DNA of 56,051 nucleotides, from the IMG/VR virus record IMGVR_UViG_3300025000_000126, positions 1 to 56,051 of that record. One strand, 5' to 3'. The translations under genes and the position numbers were made by a program. Positions 45,420-55,924 of the stretch are shown here, one piece after another. The notes beneath the pieces were generated by a model that did no database searches, was not told the origin of the DNA, and saw nothing but the letters and a program-made list of their open reading frames with translations. Numbering within the stretch: the first letter of the stretch is position 1; every line of letters begins with the position of its first letter. This stretch comes from a virus (taxonomy: Duplodnaviria; Caudoviricetes).

Positions 45420-46075
45420 TATCTGCCTCCTGGTGCTGGTTGCTGCAACATACCTTCTCGGTACTTCTTCTGACCAAAAGCTTCCATAGCTACATTCTCA
45501 TCTGCTTGCATTGAGAGACCTTCTTTCTTAGCATATGCAAGACCTTCCTCTCTATCACTATCCTGAAGGAGTGGTTCTGTAATGGCTTGAAGTTCTACAG
45601 GATCTATAGATCCATCCTTCAGTCCTCTTTCTACATAAGTCTGAATAGTTGTCTGAAGGATCTCTTTAACTTGATCTTCATCAGTTACTTCAAAGAATCC
45701 TCCAGCATTACCAATTTCTATAAGATCAGATACAACATAAACTCCACCAAGAAAAGTAGTCTCCAGATCTGCAGGTTGACCTCCTTTCCTAGCAATAGTC
45801 TGCTGCATCATATCATTAACTTCCATAGTAATACGGGGAATGGTCTGCTCTGGGGGGCCAGCTTTGAGCATCTCCTGTACCATTGGAGTAGTCTGTTTAT
45901 CATGAAGAACACGCATAAGAGCACCAACATACGCTTCCTGCTGCTTGTTCATCTTCTGCTCTGGATCTCCACTAAGAATCCCTGAAGCTACCTTTGGTTC
46001 TTCTTGCGGAGTTGCTTGCTCCTGCTCAGTGGCATTGGTTTGGAGAGCAGCCTCCGCATTATAAGTTTTCTCCAT
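45419..46075 (-). CDS. Hypothetical acidic virion-cluster protein
   Basis: Coupled 218-aa ORF. Confidence 0.7.
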   Translation of the reverse strand: MEKTYNAEAALQTNATEQEQATPQEEPKVASGILSGDPEQKMNKQQEAYVGALMRVLHDKQTTPMVQEMLKAGPPEQTIPRITMEVNDMMQQTIARKGGQPADLETTFLGGVYVVSDLIEIGNAGGFFEVTDEDQVKEILQTTIQTYVERGLKDGSIDPVELQAITEPLLQDSDREEGLAYAKKEGLSMQADENVAMEAFGQKKYREGMLQQPAPGGR

Positions 46076-46076
46076 A

Positions 46077-46928
46077 CTATGCCTCTTTTACTGTAGTATT
46101 AGATAAGATTGATTTAATAGTTTCTTTCTTCTTCTGATAGTCATTACGAAGCTTTTCCCAACCCATAGCTCTCTGATTCTTTGCTGAATCTAGTGTGATC
46201 TGAGATTGTCCAAGACTACCTGCAGCCGTAGCATACTGTTCATTAAGTTGAGTATTAGCACCTGCAAGAACTCCTTTACCTTCTTGAACTTGAGACATTA
46301 CTAATGGAGCTGTCTGAGTGTACCATTGCTGATAGATATCCTTCTCACCTTGAGAGAATCCTTCATGTAACTCTTCGCCTATGTATCTACCACCTTCTGC
46401 AGTTTTTACATCTACATAAAAGTTACCTTTATCATCCCAGTTAGTTGCTACACCTTTCTCTTTTGCAAGATCTTCTGCAACAGCCCTAGGAAGATGATAA
46501 GTTCCCTCTGTGATATAACCACCCTTACCATCTTGCTTTACCACATTAATATTAATGAAGTCACTTGAAGTATCTTTCCACAAGTTATCAAGAATCTTTA
46601 CAGGATCAAGAGAGGAATAGGCTTCATCAATCTTTCCCAATCCTGTTTGATATTTAGTATTTAGATCTGAGGTCTGTGTATCTAGCTGCTTCTGATAGTC
46701 TACAGCACTACTCTGAAAGTTAGCCTCTTCTTGCTTTAAGATATCGGCTTGTTCCTGAGTTGTACTAAAACCAAGATCATCATAATAGTTAATGTAATCT
46801 CCACGAGTTACATGAGCAACCCTATTAGGATCTCCAGCTACACGATGATCTTGTCCCTTTATTCCTGTAGTCTGTCTTTCCTGTCGCATTACTCCGCGAT
46901 AGGCATCTTTATTTGTATTATCTGCCAT
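46077..46928 (-). CDS. Probable internal virion protein
   Basis: Gln-rich helical ORF in the ejection cluster. Confidence 0.6.
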   Translation of the reverse strand: MADNTNKDAYRGVMRQERQTTGIKGQDHRVAGDPNRVAHVTRGDYINYYDDLGFSTTQEQADILKQEEANFQSSAVDYQKQLDTQTSDLNTKYQTGLGKIDEAYSSLDPVKILDNLWKDTSSDFININVVKQDGKGGYITEGTYHLPRAVAEDLAKEKGVATNWDDKGNFYVDVKTAEGGRYIGEELHEGFSQGEKDIYQQWYTQTAPLVMSQVQEGKGVLAGANTQLNEQYATAAGSLGQSQITLDSAKNQRAMGWEKLRNDYQKKKETIKSILSNTTVKEA

Positions 46929-47761
46929 TACTTATTACCGAAAAGAAGTCCAGTAGATTCTGCAGGATTCTGCTCTTCACCATACATAGCCTTGCTTTCA
47001 TCATAGACTTGCTGCTGTACACTAGGAGTAGCTGTATTCCCACTAGGGGCATTAGCTACCTTCAGACCTGTAAGTGCTCCCCTTCTTCTAGCCCTCTGCT
47101 CATCAATAAGACTAAACTCTTTCTGCTTAAGTTTCCAATCAGCTTGTCTCTGTTCCCTTGCATTAAGTAACTGAAGATCTGCTGAGTACTTAGCAGCATC
47201 ACTAGAGCTTCCTCCTCCGCCCTTGCTCATTCTCTCAGAGGCTTCTAGTTGTGCATAGAACTGTTCATTCTGTTGCTTCATCTTATCTCTCTCAAGGGCT
47301 TCAGCCTTCTCTGCAGAGTCATCAAAGGCACCCATAAGCATTTGGCCCCCTGTAGATACTAGGGCAGCTCCTGTACCTTCTCCTAGAGATCCAAGTATAC
47401 CGGCTCCCCCTCCTGCTCCCCCTGCAGTACCTGCAGTTGATCCAAGAGCTACTCCTGAATTAGCTGATGCTTCCATAAGGGCAGGAGATGCAATCTGAGA
47501 AGTAGAAGTACCTGCAGCAGTACCAGCACTAGTTGCAGTAGATCCCCAGCTAGCGTAGGCTGAGAAACCACCCATTACAGCACCACCTATAGCTCCATAC
47601 AAAATACCTTTCCCTATATCACCTCCCATTACTGCAGCACCAAGTCCACCAATTACTGCTCCAGCTACTGCATAAGTTACTACAGTTGCTATAGCTGTTG
47701 ACACAGCAGCACTAAAACCTATTGTACCAAGAACACCTGCTATTGCTGGGATTGCTGGCAT
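46928..47761 (-). CDS. Probable DNA ejection/pilot protein
   Basis: Long Gly/Ala hydrophobic N-terminus and coiled C-terminus. Confidence 0.7.
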   Translation of the reverse strand: MPAIPAIAGVLGTIGFSAAVSTAIATVVTYAVAGAVIGGLGAAVMGGDIGKGILYGAIGGAVMGGFSAYASWGSTATSAGTAAGTSTSQIASPALMEASANSGVALGSTAGTAGGAGGGAGILGSLGEGTGAALVSTGGQMLMGAFDDSAEKAEALERDKMKQQNEQFYAQLEASERMSKGGGGSSSDAAKYSADLQLLNAREQRQADWKLKQKEFSLIDEQRARRRGALTGLKVANAPSGNTATPSVQQQVYDESKAMYGEEQNPAESTGLLFGNK

Positions 47762-48201
47762 GTTGACCTCCTACCTTCTAGTTCCTTTCTATTTCTTATA
47801 GAATAAATATACATAATCTCATCCTCCTTACCACCAGCATCTTCTAAGATACCAACTCTTTTACCACCTGTAAGCCCTATAAACCTTTGCATTCTTTTAT
47901 TACTTGCTCCAGCAAAAGCTATAAGACATGTACAAGAAGTATTATCAAACATCCAAGATCCTACATCGATTGTAAAATCTCTATAGCCCTTTACATCTCT
48001 TGTACTTCCTATAGTATGAATAGAAAATTTATACTCCCCTATAGGTTCTACAAGGACTAGAAGATCCTCACTAAATCCAAACAATTTTACCATAGGATTA
48101 AATAGCATTTGTCTAGCCCAGTTAATAGCATCATACCCAAAATGCTTTGTTCCTATATTAGCTACTTCTATTATATCTTTATATGTATAAGGCTTAATCA
48201 T
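47740..48201 (-). CDS. GNAT-like protein of the virion cluster
   Basis: NKRMQRFIGLTGGKRVG resembles the GNAT motif; position is typical for podoviruses. Confidence 0.55.
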   Translation of the reverse strand: MIKPYTYKDIIEVANIGTKHFGYDAINWARQMLFNPMVKLFGFSEDLLVLVEPIGEYKFSIHTIGSTRDVKGYRDFTIDVGSWMFDNTSCTCLIAFAGASNKRMQRFIGLTGGKRVGILEDAGGKEDEIMYIYSIRNRKELEGRRSTCQQSQQ

Positions 48202-49292
48202 GTTGCACTAGTAGTTGTAGTAGTCGTAGTAGTTGCTGGAGGCTCTGTGAGGGCAGCTTGGTTAACTGTAGGAGCGATAATATAAGTATCAATAAGCTTA
48301 CCAAAATCTTTCAGCCCTGCAGCAGCCCCAATAAACTTCAAGTTATTTTTAGCTATAGTAGTCTCTAATGCTATAGCAGCCTGTACAGCATCTCCACCAA
48401 GATCTAAGATATCGGGATCAGTTAAAATGTTTTCAATAGCAATATTGTAATCGCCAATAATCTTTGAGGTCTGAGCCTTTACATCTTTAGCTACATCAGC
48501 TTGTACGGCAAACTGTTGCAACTGAAGATTCTGTTCCCCTACAAGCTCTTGATTAGTCTTCTGCCACTGGCCTTGAAGCTCTTGAAGATATACCTTACTC
48601 TGTTCATTTGCTCCTGCAAGCTTAGCATTAAAAGCATTCTGAATATTCTGAGTAAGTTGCTGATTAGTTGCTTGCTGGTTAGTAATCTGCTCAGAAATAA
48701 TACCTTCAGCCAAATTAGTTGCTGTAAGATTCTCAGCCTGTTGCTGTTGCAACCCGAACTTACTATAGGTTTCTGCATCCTGTTGAGCTATAGGAAGTGC
48801 AGATTCTATAGCTGCTCTCTGTCCTGCCCCTGCAGCCATAGAAGAATTAAGAAGACCTCTACCTGCAGCTTGTTCCTTAGCTTTAGTTTGTGCTAACTGG
48901 ATGTAAGGGCTATCACTCTTCAAGAGAGTATTAAGTTGACCGGCTACAGTGTTAGTAGCGTTATCAATATAGCTTGATCCTGTCTTAGGGGTAGCTGTAT
49001 CCTGAACCTTTTGAGAAGCTGTAGCTGCATCAAAGGTTCCCCATGTAGGAACTCCAGTGTCTGTAGCATCCTTAGCTATACCCTCATATGCAACTCCCTG
49101 AGCCTTAGAGATATCTTGAGCATTCTTTGAAATACCAGATAATACTCCAGTAGAGGGAGTGGTAGGTGCAGTAGGGGCCTTCTGGGTTGTAGGAGTAGTT
49201 ATTTTAGGTGCAACTAATGGATTTACTACAGTAGTAGGAAGGGGGGTATTAGTTGTAGTACTTGTAGGGTCAAATGGAATTGTTAAAGCCAT
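48198..49292 (-). CDS. Probable internal virion/tail protein
   Basis: SPYIQLAQ...AAGRGLLNSSMAAGAG...ALPIAQQDA; Gln/Thr-rich. Confidence 0.7.
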   Translation of the reverse strand: MALTIPFDPTSTTTNTPLPTTVVNPLVAPKITTPTTQKAPTAPTTPSTGVLSGISKNAQDISKAQGVAYEGIAKDATDTGVPTWGTFDAATASQKVQDTATPKTGSSYIDNATNTVAGQLNTLLKSDSPYIQLAQTKAKEQAAGRGLLNSSMAAGAGQRAAIESALPIAQQDAETYSKFGLQQQQAENLTATNLAEGIISEQITNQQATNQQLTQNIQNAFNAKLAGANEQSKVYLQELQGQWQKTNQELVGEQNLQLQQFAVQADVAKDVKAQTSKIIGDYNIAIENILTDPDILDLGGDAVQAAIALETTIAKNNLKFIGAAAGLKDFGKLIDTYIIAPTVNQAALTEPPATTTTTTTTSAT

Positions 49293-49606
49293 AATGTCTC
49301 CTTACTCGTTATGGCCTTTGGCCATCCTACAAGGTAGTTATATTCATCTAATTCTAAGATGGATTCTTTCTCAAGTACTGCTTGTAAGATCCTCAAGGCC
49401 AAGGAGTCTGAAAGGATAATATTTTCTTTATCCATAGTTCTCCAAGTCATACTAGACCTTGTCTGAACTACTATAAGATAAACTATTTTAGATTGAAGAT
49501 CAGTTTGGAACCATCTCTTAGTTCCTGAATCATCTGCTACATATACTCCTGTAGGAGGTACAACATTAATTGTCTGTACCTCCACAAGATTCGTTTGTAC
49601 TATCAT
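49283..49606 (-). CDS. Putative tail fibre assembly protein (DUF4376-like)
   Basis: WFQTDLQS...WRTMD...GWP; directly downstream of the fibre gene. Confidence 0.55.
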   Translation of the reverse strand: MIVQTNLVEVQTINVVPPTGVYVADDSGTKRWFQTDLQSKIVYLIVVQTRSSMTWRTMDKENIILSDSLALRILQAVLEKESILELDEYNYLVGWPKAITSKETLWL

Positions 49607-49638
49607 ACTATTTTATCTCCATTCAAACCTGAAGAGAT

Positions 49639-51030
49639 CTAATAAAATTCTGCATCTGCAACCCAATCAAAAGTGCTCTTTCCAGCTTGTCCTTGTGTAC
49701 CACTTGTCCAATTATAATATGGAGCAAAGTCTTCTATAGTTGCTGCTGTTCCAGAAAGAGTCCCGATTGTACCACTCATACCTTGTGTAGTTACATTACT
49801 TAGTGTGATAGTTGGGACTATACGTTTAGTAACTTTATACCAAGCTGTTGGAAGTTGTACCGCTGCAACATTATAACATGCACAAACTCCTCTTAAACTT
49901 CCAGTCTCATAATATCGTTGACATAACGCAAGCTCTACACTATATGGTCTTTGTTCAAAAGCTGCAGCTTCAGTTCCATCCTCAAGTTGTATTGTACTAA
50001 AATCAAAAATAACTCCTGACTGATGTCCTAATGAGTCTGTTCTTGTATTAAATGAAGACCCAGCATCAACCCAAATATTTAAAGCTAAAAAACTATTATT
50101 GTCTGTTCCGAGGGTTTTACCAGAAATAGATGGTAAAGTAACAGTTAATGTTATTTTGTCCCAAGCTGCAGATGGGTTGACTTTTCCACCCAAAGTATAG
50201 ACCTGACTACTTGGGCTTCCACCAGTTCCAAAATCTTGCACAAACTCTATAGAAATATACCCAGCAACATAGCGTTTTGCATAAAAAGACAGTGTAACAC
50301 TTTTCCCTTGATATCTTGTAACATCTTCAAACTTATGTTGAAGTAATGCATAATCACTCGCACCAGACGAGGGAGTGCATGTAACCTGAAGAAAATGTTT
50401 CGGAGCCTGAACCGATCCAGTAAAAAATGTTCCTATTGGAAAGTCTTGTCTCGAATAACCTATTGAAGAGTTGACAGAGACAGCAGCCCATCTATCAGCC
50501 ATAAAGCGGGTTCCAGTTCCACCTAATAGGCTTGTTCCTCGCTGCCATATATCAAAGTTACCATTGATAACTTTATTCCTAAAACTTTGATTAGGTAGAT
50601 TATCAACAATTCCTTCTATTGCAACCTTATCGGCTGCAGTAGCTATTACATCTAATCCCGTCTGTACCCTATCGGCTGCTGTAGCTACTTTATCTAATCC
50701 TGTTTGTACCCTATCGGCTGCTGTAGCTACTTTATCTAACCCTGTCTGAACTCTATCAGCGGATGTAGCTACTGCATTATCCTCTGCTTTAGCAGACCAG
50801 TGAAGTGCTGAATAACTTCCTGGTTCTACTTCAGAGTCTTCAGGATTAATTGCCCATGCCTCAGCAAGATCTGAATAGTAGGACTGATTGGCACTAACAG
50901 CATTAATAGCAACTTCTACTTGCTGAAAGGCTGAATCGACTGCATTATTAATATCATTTATATCTGCAGCGTAAGCAATATCTCCAGCTACTACAGACTT
51001 TCCTGCGCTATCATAATATGTACTTGCCAT
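49639..51030 (-). CDS. Tail fibre protein
   Basis: YSALHWSAKA, 14-aa repeats, RNKVINGNFDIWQRG and ELALCQRYYE carbohydrate-binding-type domain. Confidence 0.85.
   Translation of the reverse strand: MASTYYDSAGKSVVAGDIAYAADINDINNAVDSAFQQVEVAINAVSANQSYYSDLAEAWAINPEDSEVEPGSYSALHWSAKAEDNAVATSADRVQTGLDKVATAADRVQTGLDKVATAADRVQTGLDVIATAADKVAIEGIVDNLPNQSFRNKVINGNFDIWQRGTSLLGGTGTRFMADRWAAVSVNSSIGYSRQDFPIGTFFTGSVQAPKHFLQVTCTPSSGASDYALLQHKFEDVTRYQGKSVTLSFYAKRYVAGYISIEFVQDFGTGGSPSSQVYTLGGKVNPSAAWDKITLTVTLPSISGKTLGTDNNSFLALNIWVDAGSSFNTRTDSLGHQSGVIFDFSTIQLEDGTEAAAFEQRPYSVELALCQRYYETGSLRGVCACYNVAAVQLPTAWYKVTKRIVPTITLSNVTTQGMSGTIGTLSGTAATIEDFAPYYNWTSGTQGQAGKSTFDWVADAEFY
50624..50770 (-). repeat. 42-bp tandem coding repeat (ATAADRVQTGLDKV x about 3.5)
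   Basis: Seen directly in the DNA and the protein. Confidence 0.9.
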
Positions 51031-52679
51031 TACATTTGTCTCCCCATCACTGTAAAGTCTACAATCATATCTTGGAAGGTGTGCTGCCTTGTATACTTAG
51101 AAGAGTATCTAAATGCTACATTCATATTACTTCCAATACCAAGCATATCATAAAAGAGCCTGTTAGTAACAGCACTACCTACCCATATCATCTGATCCCA
51201 TAATCCCTGATCCCACTGATCTCCAGCTCCTGTAACCCCTAAAGTATTCTCTACAGAGTTAGCATAATAGTCACCAGAATAATCAAACGAAGGTTTAATA
51301 TAAAATGTAAGTTCATCAACAGAGTCAACCTCTAAAGTAATTCTAAAGAACCTCTTCCAGTTTCTAGGAGAACTATAATGGAAATAACTAGTAGCAAAGT
51401 TATAGTCTATTACAGTACCATCAAAAGATGTACCAACATCTGATTGATAAGCATATCCAGAATTAGATGAGAAGAAACTTACTAGATCCCCTGAAGAATC
51501 CATACCTTCAGTTATAAATAAGACAGGAGCAGTATACCTTAAGAAAGTTGCACCCCTAAGTTTCTTATTATAAAAAGAAAATACTATACACCTCCCATCA
51601 CTAAAGTAGAGTCTATATTGATTTAACTTCTTTAATGTAATAGCACATGTTATTAGATTCTTATATTTAAATAGAGTTCTCTTTACTCTTTCAGAGATAG
51701 TATTAGTAGAGAAGTCACCAAACTCTTGAGCTGCTGCAAGGGTAGTTACACCCATGTCACTCATAAAGATTATAGTATCAAATAGTTTATCTACAGTATG
51801 AGGATAGGCTCCTAGAGAATCTGAGAAGGTCTTTAAGACTCCTTCCTCTATAGAAGGGCCTTCAAATACTTTTATAAAATCTCTTCCAAAGATAATTAAG
51901 GTACTTCCTACAGAACTTCTGAGTGCTGTTATTTCTCCACCAATCCCTATCTCCCCTGCACCATTAACAGAAGACCAATCATTAGCTTCTCCATCAACTC
52001 CATTGTTGTCGAAGTCCATACCAACTACAGAGTATTGAAGAGATCCACCAGGATAAGATAACCAAAGTCTATCTATATGAGCTGCAATGTATGTAGGTTT
52101 ATCATTAGGGTCCATTCCTACATTATCCATAACTCTTACAGTAGTACCATCAAACGATCTAGCCTTATCAACTCCATTACACCAGTACATTCTCTCGCCT
52201 GTAGAGGTAGCAAAGAAGTTATGAGTAATGAAAGAATAAGAACCTCCAGGTAAGAGGGGGGCTACTGATGTGTCTACTTCTACCCATCCTGCAGCAGTTG
52301 CTTTATACATACCTGCTGCTGCTCCACCTACCTTATCCCTGAAGGCATATACCTCATCCTGAAAGACATATACACCCCTTACAGGTCCTGTACCATTTAT
52401 ACCACCTACAACCCCTATGGCAGTTCTTGCAGCTTCTCTAGCTACATCATCAAGAGGAGTAGCTAGTACGCTTGAAGGTGCCGTCTGCCCATCGTATCTC
52501 TCATAGCCAGCTACAGATACATAACCCCCTGCTGAGCCTTCAGTAATATAATAGTTCTTACAGGTTAATAGGTCGCTTGGCTTCATCTCAATAGATGAGA
52601 CTGCCTCATTAACACCAGTATCGAAAATGATACTCTGTGTATTTACTGGCATTATATTAATTTGTCTAGGAGTAGTCAT
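51030..52679 (-). CDS. Tail nozzle/DNA stabilisation protein (beta-propeller type)
   Basis: AAHIDRLWL, LQYS and NQYRLYF; lies between the adaptor and the fibre. Confidence 0.7.
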   Translation of the reverse strand: MTTPRQINIMPVNTQSIIFDTGVNEAVSSIEMKPSDLLTCKNYYITEGSAGGYVSVAGYERYDGQTAPSSVLATPLDDVAREAARTAIGVVGGINGTGPVRGVYVFQDEVYAFRDKVGGAAAGMYKATAAGWVEVDTSVAPLLPGGSYSFITHNFFATSTGERMYWCNGVDKARSFDGTTVRVMDNVGMDPNDKPTYIAAHIDRLWLSYPGGSLQYSVVGMDFDNNGVDGEANDWSSVNGAGEIGIGGEITALRSSVGSTLIIFGRDFIKVFEGPSIEEGVLKTFSDSLGAYPHTVDKLFDTIIFMSDMGVTTLAAAQEFGDFSTNTISERVKRTLFKYKNLITCAITLKKLNQYRLYFSDGRCIVFSFYNKKLRGATFLRYTAPVLFITEGMDSSGDLVSFFSSNSGYAYQSDVGTSFDGTVIDYNFATSYFHYSSPRNWKRFFRITLEVDSVDELTFYIKPSFDYSGDYYANSVENTLGVTGAGDQWDQGLWDQMIWVGSAVTNRLFYDMLGIGSNMNVAFRYSSKYTRQHTFQDMIVDFTVMGRQM

Positions 52680-53338
52680 ACTATCCCTCTGACCTTGAAG
52701 AACTCTTTAGGGTTAAGCTCTCTTAAGATATTACCAAGAGCTTCTGAAGCTTTCAAAGCATACTGCTGATAGATGTGACTAAGTCCTATAGATAACGCAT
52801 AACGTGCTGTAGCTTCATATACAATGTAGTTATGGTAGTCCACAGGCATTTCAGGTTCTGTCGTACTAAGAGACAGTTCTTGATTATTCTTATAATAGTC
52901 TGCATAGATCCAATAGGCTCCATCAGGTTTATTAATAATCACTGCATAATCTTGTGGCCTTATAGTAAATTCAGTAACTTTACTACTGTTAGTATTATCT
53001 CTATACTTATAAACAAAGTAATCATATTCTAAATACCTCAACAGAGTCTTCTTTGTATTATCTAAAACATAGAAGGCTTCTGGATACCATCTTTTAAATC
53101 TATTAGTGGGGCCAAAGATTGTAGCAGGTGTATAAGTTGTAGTTCCAGATACTGTAGCAAATGATTTAGTATCTCTCATCCACTTCCAGTTCTTTCTATA
53201 GTTCTGCAAGTCAGTCCAAGCATCTCTTACCATATGAAGCATTTGGCCTTCAGCGCCTATAGCATCTATGGAAGATGGCCCTGTACCTTGTAGACCTATA
53301 TGCTCTCTGACTGCTTGAGCCATCTTAAGATATTGCAT
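52676..53338 (-). CDS. Head-tail adaptor (tail tubular protein A-like)
   Basis: AWTDLQ...WKWM and PEMPVDYHNYIVY; downstream of the capsid gene. Confidence 0.7.
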   Translation of the reverse strand: MQYLKMAQAVREHIGLQGTGPSSIDAIGAEGQMLHMVRDAWTDLQNYRKNWKWMRDTKSFATVSGTTTYTPATIFGPTNRFKRWYPEAFYVLDNTKKTLLRYLEYDYFVYKYRDNTNSSKVTEFTIRPQDYAVIINKPDGAYWIYADYYKNNQELSLSTTEPEMPVDYHNYIVYEATARYALSIGLSHIYQQYALKASEALGNILRELNPKEFFKVRGIV

Positions 53339-53341
53339 GGA

Positions 53342-53527
53342 TTACTCCTTAGTTTTCTTATTAGTCCTTGTAAGCTTATCAACACTGGGAGAGTCTGAAG
53401 GGGTAGGGTCTTCTACTTTAGTGGGTTTTACAAGAAAGTATCTTTCCTTATAGTTCTCATAGTGCTCTTTATTCACACAAAATTTTACTCCGTCTTCTTT
53501 CCTAATTACATATACCGATTCTTTCAT
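53342..53527 (-). CDS. Small hypothetical protein
   Basis: GGAG RBS; follows the capsid terminator. Confidence 0.65.
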   Translation of the reverse strand: MKESVYVIRKEDGVKFCVNKEHYENYKERYFLVKPTKVEDPTPSDSPSVDKLTRTNKKTKE

Positions 53528-53543
53528 TAGATCTCCAGATAAT

Positions 53544-53584
53544 AAAAAACCCCCATAGATCCTACTATGGTCCTATGGGGGTTC
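53544..53584 (-). terminator. Rho-independent terminator after the major capsid gene
   Basis: CCCCCATAG...CTATGGGGG stem plus TTTTTT on the minus strand. Confidence 0.85.
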
Positions 53585-53645
53585 TTGTAGTAACCCTCTG
53601 AGGTGCACAGATCCTACGAGATGTGTAGAGGGTATTGTTTAATTA

Positions 53646-54584
53646 TTATGCCTTGTAAGCGTAAAGAGCTACAAGAGCTTTAGGCTGTACAACAGCACGA
53701 CCGTAGACTGCAAGGCCCCTCATGTATGTTCCGAAGCTAGATTCGATCTGAAGGGACTCAGTCTTCACCAACTGATTGGCAAAGGTTACAGCCTCTTTAG
53801 TACCTGCCATACAGTAGAAGCACTCATTAGCACCATCAGTCGTATGCTTCAGGAGATTAGACTGGATGATTTTGGTACGATCAACCATACCTACAACTCC
53901 TGACCGAATAACACCAGTGGTATCCCCAGAGATATCTGCAGACTTAAGATCACCCTTCTTCAGAAGAGCAACAAACCATGCAGGAAGAACAACCCAGCGA
54001 TTCTCTGAGGGGATCGATTGCTCATCAAGGACAGTATTAATATCTACAATAAGGTCAGTAGCATTAGTACTGGAAACAGCGACACCAGCACCGGCTCCAC
54101 CCATATCAATATTAGCACTAATAGCTCCAGCAGTTGCACCAATATTATCTGCATGTGCAAGAGTAGAGATATAATCAAAGCAATCAGTATCAATAGCAAT
54201 CTTCAGACGCTCACCAGCATCTGCAGCAAACTTGTTCATAAGATCCAGATCACTCTGGACAGCATCAATATCGTCAATTCTGAAACTCCAACTCTTTGCC
54301 TTATCAATATTCAGTTCCGTGTTTGCAATCTCAGGAACCTGATAAGTAAGAGTACCACCAACCGTGTAGTCACTAACAGTGATTACCGGAGTATGCCGGA
54401 TAATAACTTTATCACCAGCACTTTTAATCTCGCCCATATAATCAGTATTAGCAATCTCATTAAATGCAGTCACTTCATAGAAGTTCCTAAGCATCTTGCG
54501 GCTGAACATCAACTGTATAAATTTAGAAGTACTGTCAGAAGCATAGGTTGCATATCCAGCAGCACGAGCGGGTCCATTAGCCAT
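53646..54584 (-). CDS. Major capsid protein
   Basis: NTDYMGEIKSAGDKVII, LDEQSIPSENRWVV and RGLAVYG motifs; follows the scaffold and precedes a terminator. Confidence 0.9.
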   Translation of the reverse strand: MANGPARAAGYATYASDSTSKFIQLMFSRKMLRNFYEVTAFNEIANTDYMGEIKSAGDKVIIRHTPVITVSDYTVGGTLTYQVPEIANTELNIDKAKSWSFRIDDIDAVQSDLDLMNKFAADAGERLKIAIDTDCFDYISTLAHADNIGATAGAISANIDMGGAGAGVAVSSTNATDLIVDINTVLDEQSIPSENRWVVLPAWFVALLKKGDLKSADISGDTTGVIRSGVVGMVDRTKIIQSNLLKHTTDGANECFYCMAGTKEAVTFANQLVKTESLQIESSFGTYMRGLAVYGRAVVQPKALVALYAYKA

Positions 54585-54624
54585 TTTGTTTCTCCATTAA
54601 ATTATAAATGGCTAGATATACTTG

Positions 54625-55611
54625 TTATCGGATTCTTCCTTCCACATAAGCTTTAGTAATTCTAGCCTCAATTTCGTTAGCTTCTTTTTGTCTATTTTTA
54701 TACACACCTCTGGCTATATCATTAAAGAAATCCTCTACCTGTCTCGCTGTGAAAGTTTCTTCAGCCTTGACAGTATTCGTATTACTTGCTGATGCAGATC
54801 CTGTAGGTGTAATATTTTCCTCTAGCCTTTCTTTTTTACTTCGTGGTAATGCCCTCTTGAATTCTATGAAGAAGTCTGCAACCCTTTCAGCATCAAGAAA
54901 TTCTTCAGCTCTCCTAAAGACATCTACTTTCTTCTCTCCTGTATACTCGTCATAGCCTTCCATAAACTGAGCAAACTTAGGGTCCTTATCAATACTCTGA
55001 TAGTCAGGAACAAACTTACTTAAGTCCATAAGAAAACTATTATAAGCTGAAGCCCTTCTAGCTTCTGCAAGCCTTCGTTGCTCAGCTACTTTATCTGCTT
55101 TAAGACGATTGATCTCTTCTTTAAGCGGAGTAACAGATGCCTCTACAGCTTTCTGTGAGGCTCTCTTAACAATATCTACTGCTTCCTCCCCGATAGAATC
55201 TGTATCTTCTTCAGTAATAATTCCCTGAAAGATATCAGTATTACTATTCATAAGGTTAGATAGCTTAACTGAGAGATCATCAATCTTCTCTTCAGACTCT
55301 CGAAGTCTAGTAAAGAGATTTACATTTTCTTTCCTCAGTGTAGATATAGTCTTATCGGTAGATGCTTTATAACTCTTGAAGCGTTGCTTCCAAGATACAC
55401 GCTGCTTCTCTGGTTCTTTCTCTTGTTCTTCCTGCTGGATTACCGTAGTAGCATCAGGAAAATCTATAGACCCTGTAGTCTCATCTTCTTCTACAAAACT
55501 ATCATCAGGGTCAAGATTAAGATTACTAGTGGACTCTTCCGAGGATTCACTAGGACCAAACATTTCTTTCTCAAGTTCTGCTTCTTCTTGCAACAGTTTT
55601 TCAAGTGACAT
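54625..55611 (-). CDS. Capsid scaffolding protein
   Basis: Acidic N-terminus, WKQRFKSY, coiled coil and C-terminal EGRIR; upstream of the capsid gene. Confidence 0.8.
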   Translation of the reverse strand: MSLEKLLQEEAELEKEMFGPSESSEESTSNLNLDPDDSFVEEDETTGSIDFPDATTVIQQEEQEKEPEKQRVSWKQRFKSYKASTDKTISTLRKENVNLFTRLRESEEKIDDLSVKLSNLMNSNTDIFQGIITEEDTDSIGEEAVDIVKRASQKAVEASVTPLKEEINRLKADKVAEQRRLAEARRASAYNSFLMDLSKFVPDYQSIDKDPKFAQFMEGYDEYTGEKKVDVFRRAEEFLDAERVADFFIEFKRALPRSKKERLEENITPTGSASASNTNTVKAEETFTARQVEDFFNDIARGVYKNRQKEANEIEARITKAYVEGRIR

Positions 55612-55695
55612 TGTGTTCTCCAGTACTCTTTCAGCAGGGGCACTACAGACCTGTGATGGCGATTGCGTGGTTGCTTACTTAAGTAGATTGAAGGT

Positions 55696-55887
55696 TTATG
55701 CTAGGAGTTCTAGCAGTTCTTTAATAAAACTTCCTTTTCCTTTCAGTACATTGTCATACTCAGGACCATCCCTTCTATATGACAAGAGTTGGTTCTTTAT
55801 TTCTTCAAGCTCAGTGGAGAGTACCTTCTTCAAAAAAGGTACATCTCCAGAGCTAATACGTCTCTTTTCTTCTTGATTGAGTTTCAT
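55696..55887 (-). CDS. Small protein between portal and scaffold
   Basis: ATGA overlap with the portal stop; LKGKGSFIKELLELL C-terminus. Confidence 0.7.
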   Translation of the reverse strand: MKLNQEEKRRISSGDVPFLKKVLSTELEEIKNQLLSYRRDGPEYDNVLKGKGSFIKELLELLA

Positions 55888-55924
55888 TGCTGATTAACTT
55901 TATCTCCGGTCTGGATACTAAGAG

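Noticed and set aside
34111-55876. Numerous plus-strand track ORFs in the structural arm
   Set aside because: They are antisense shadows of long minus-strand genes, with no RBS context or recognisable motifs.
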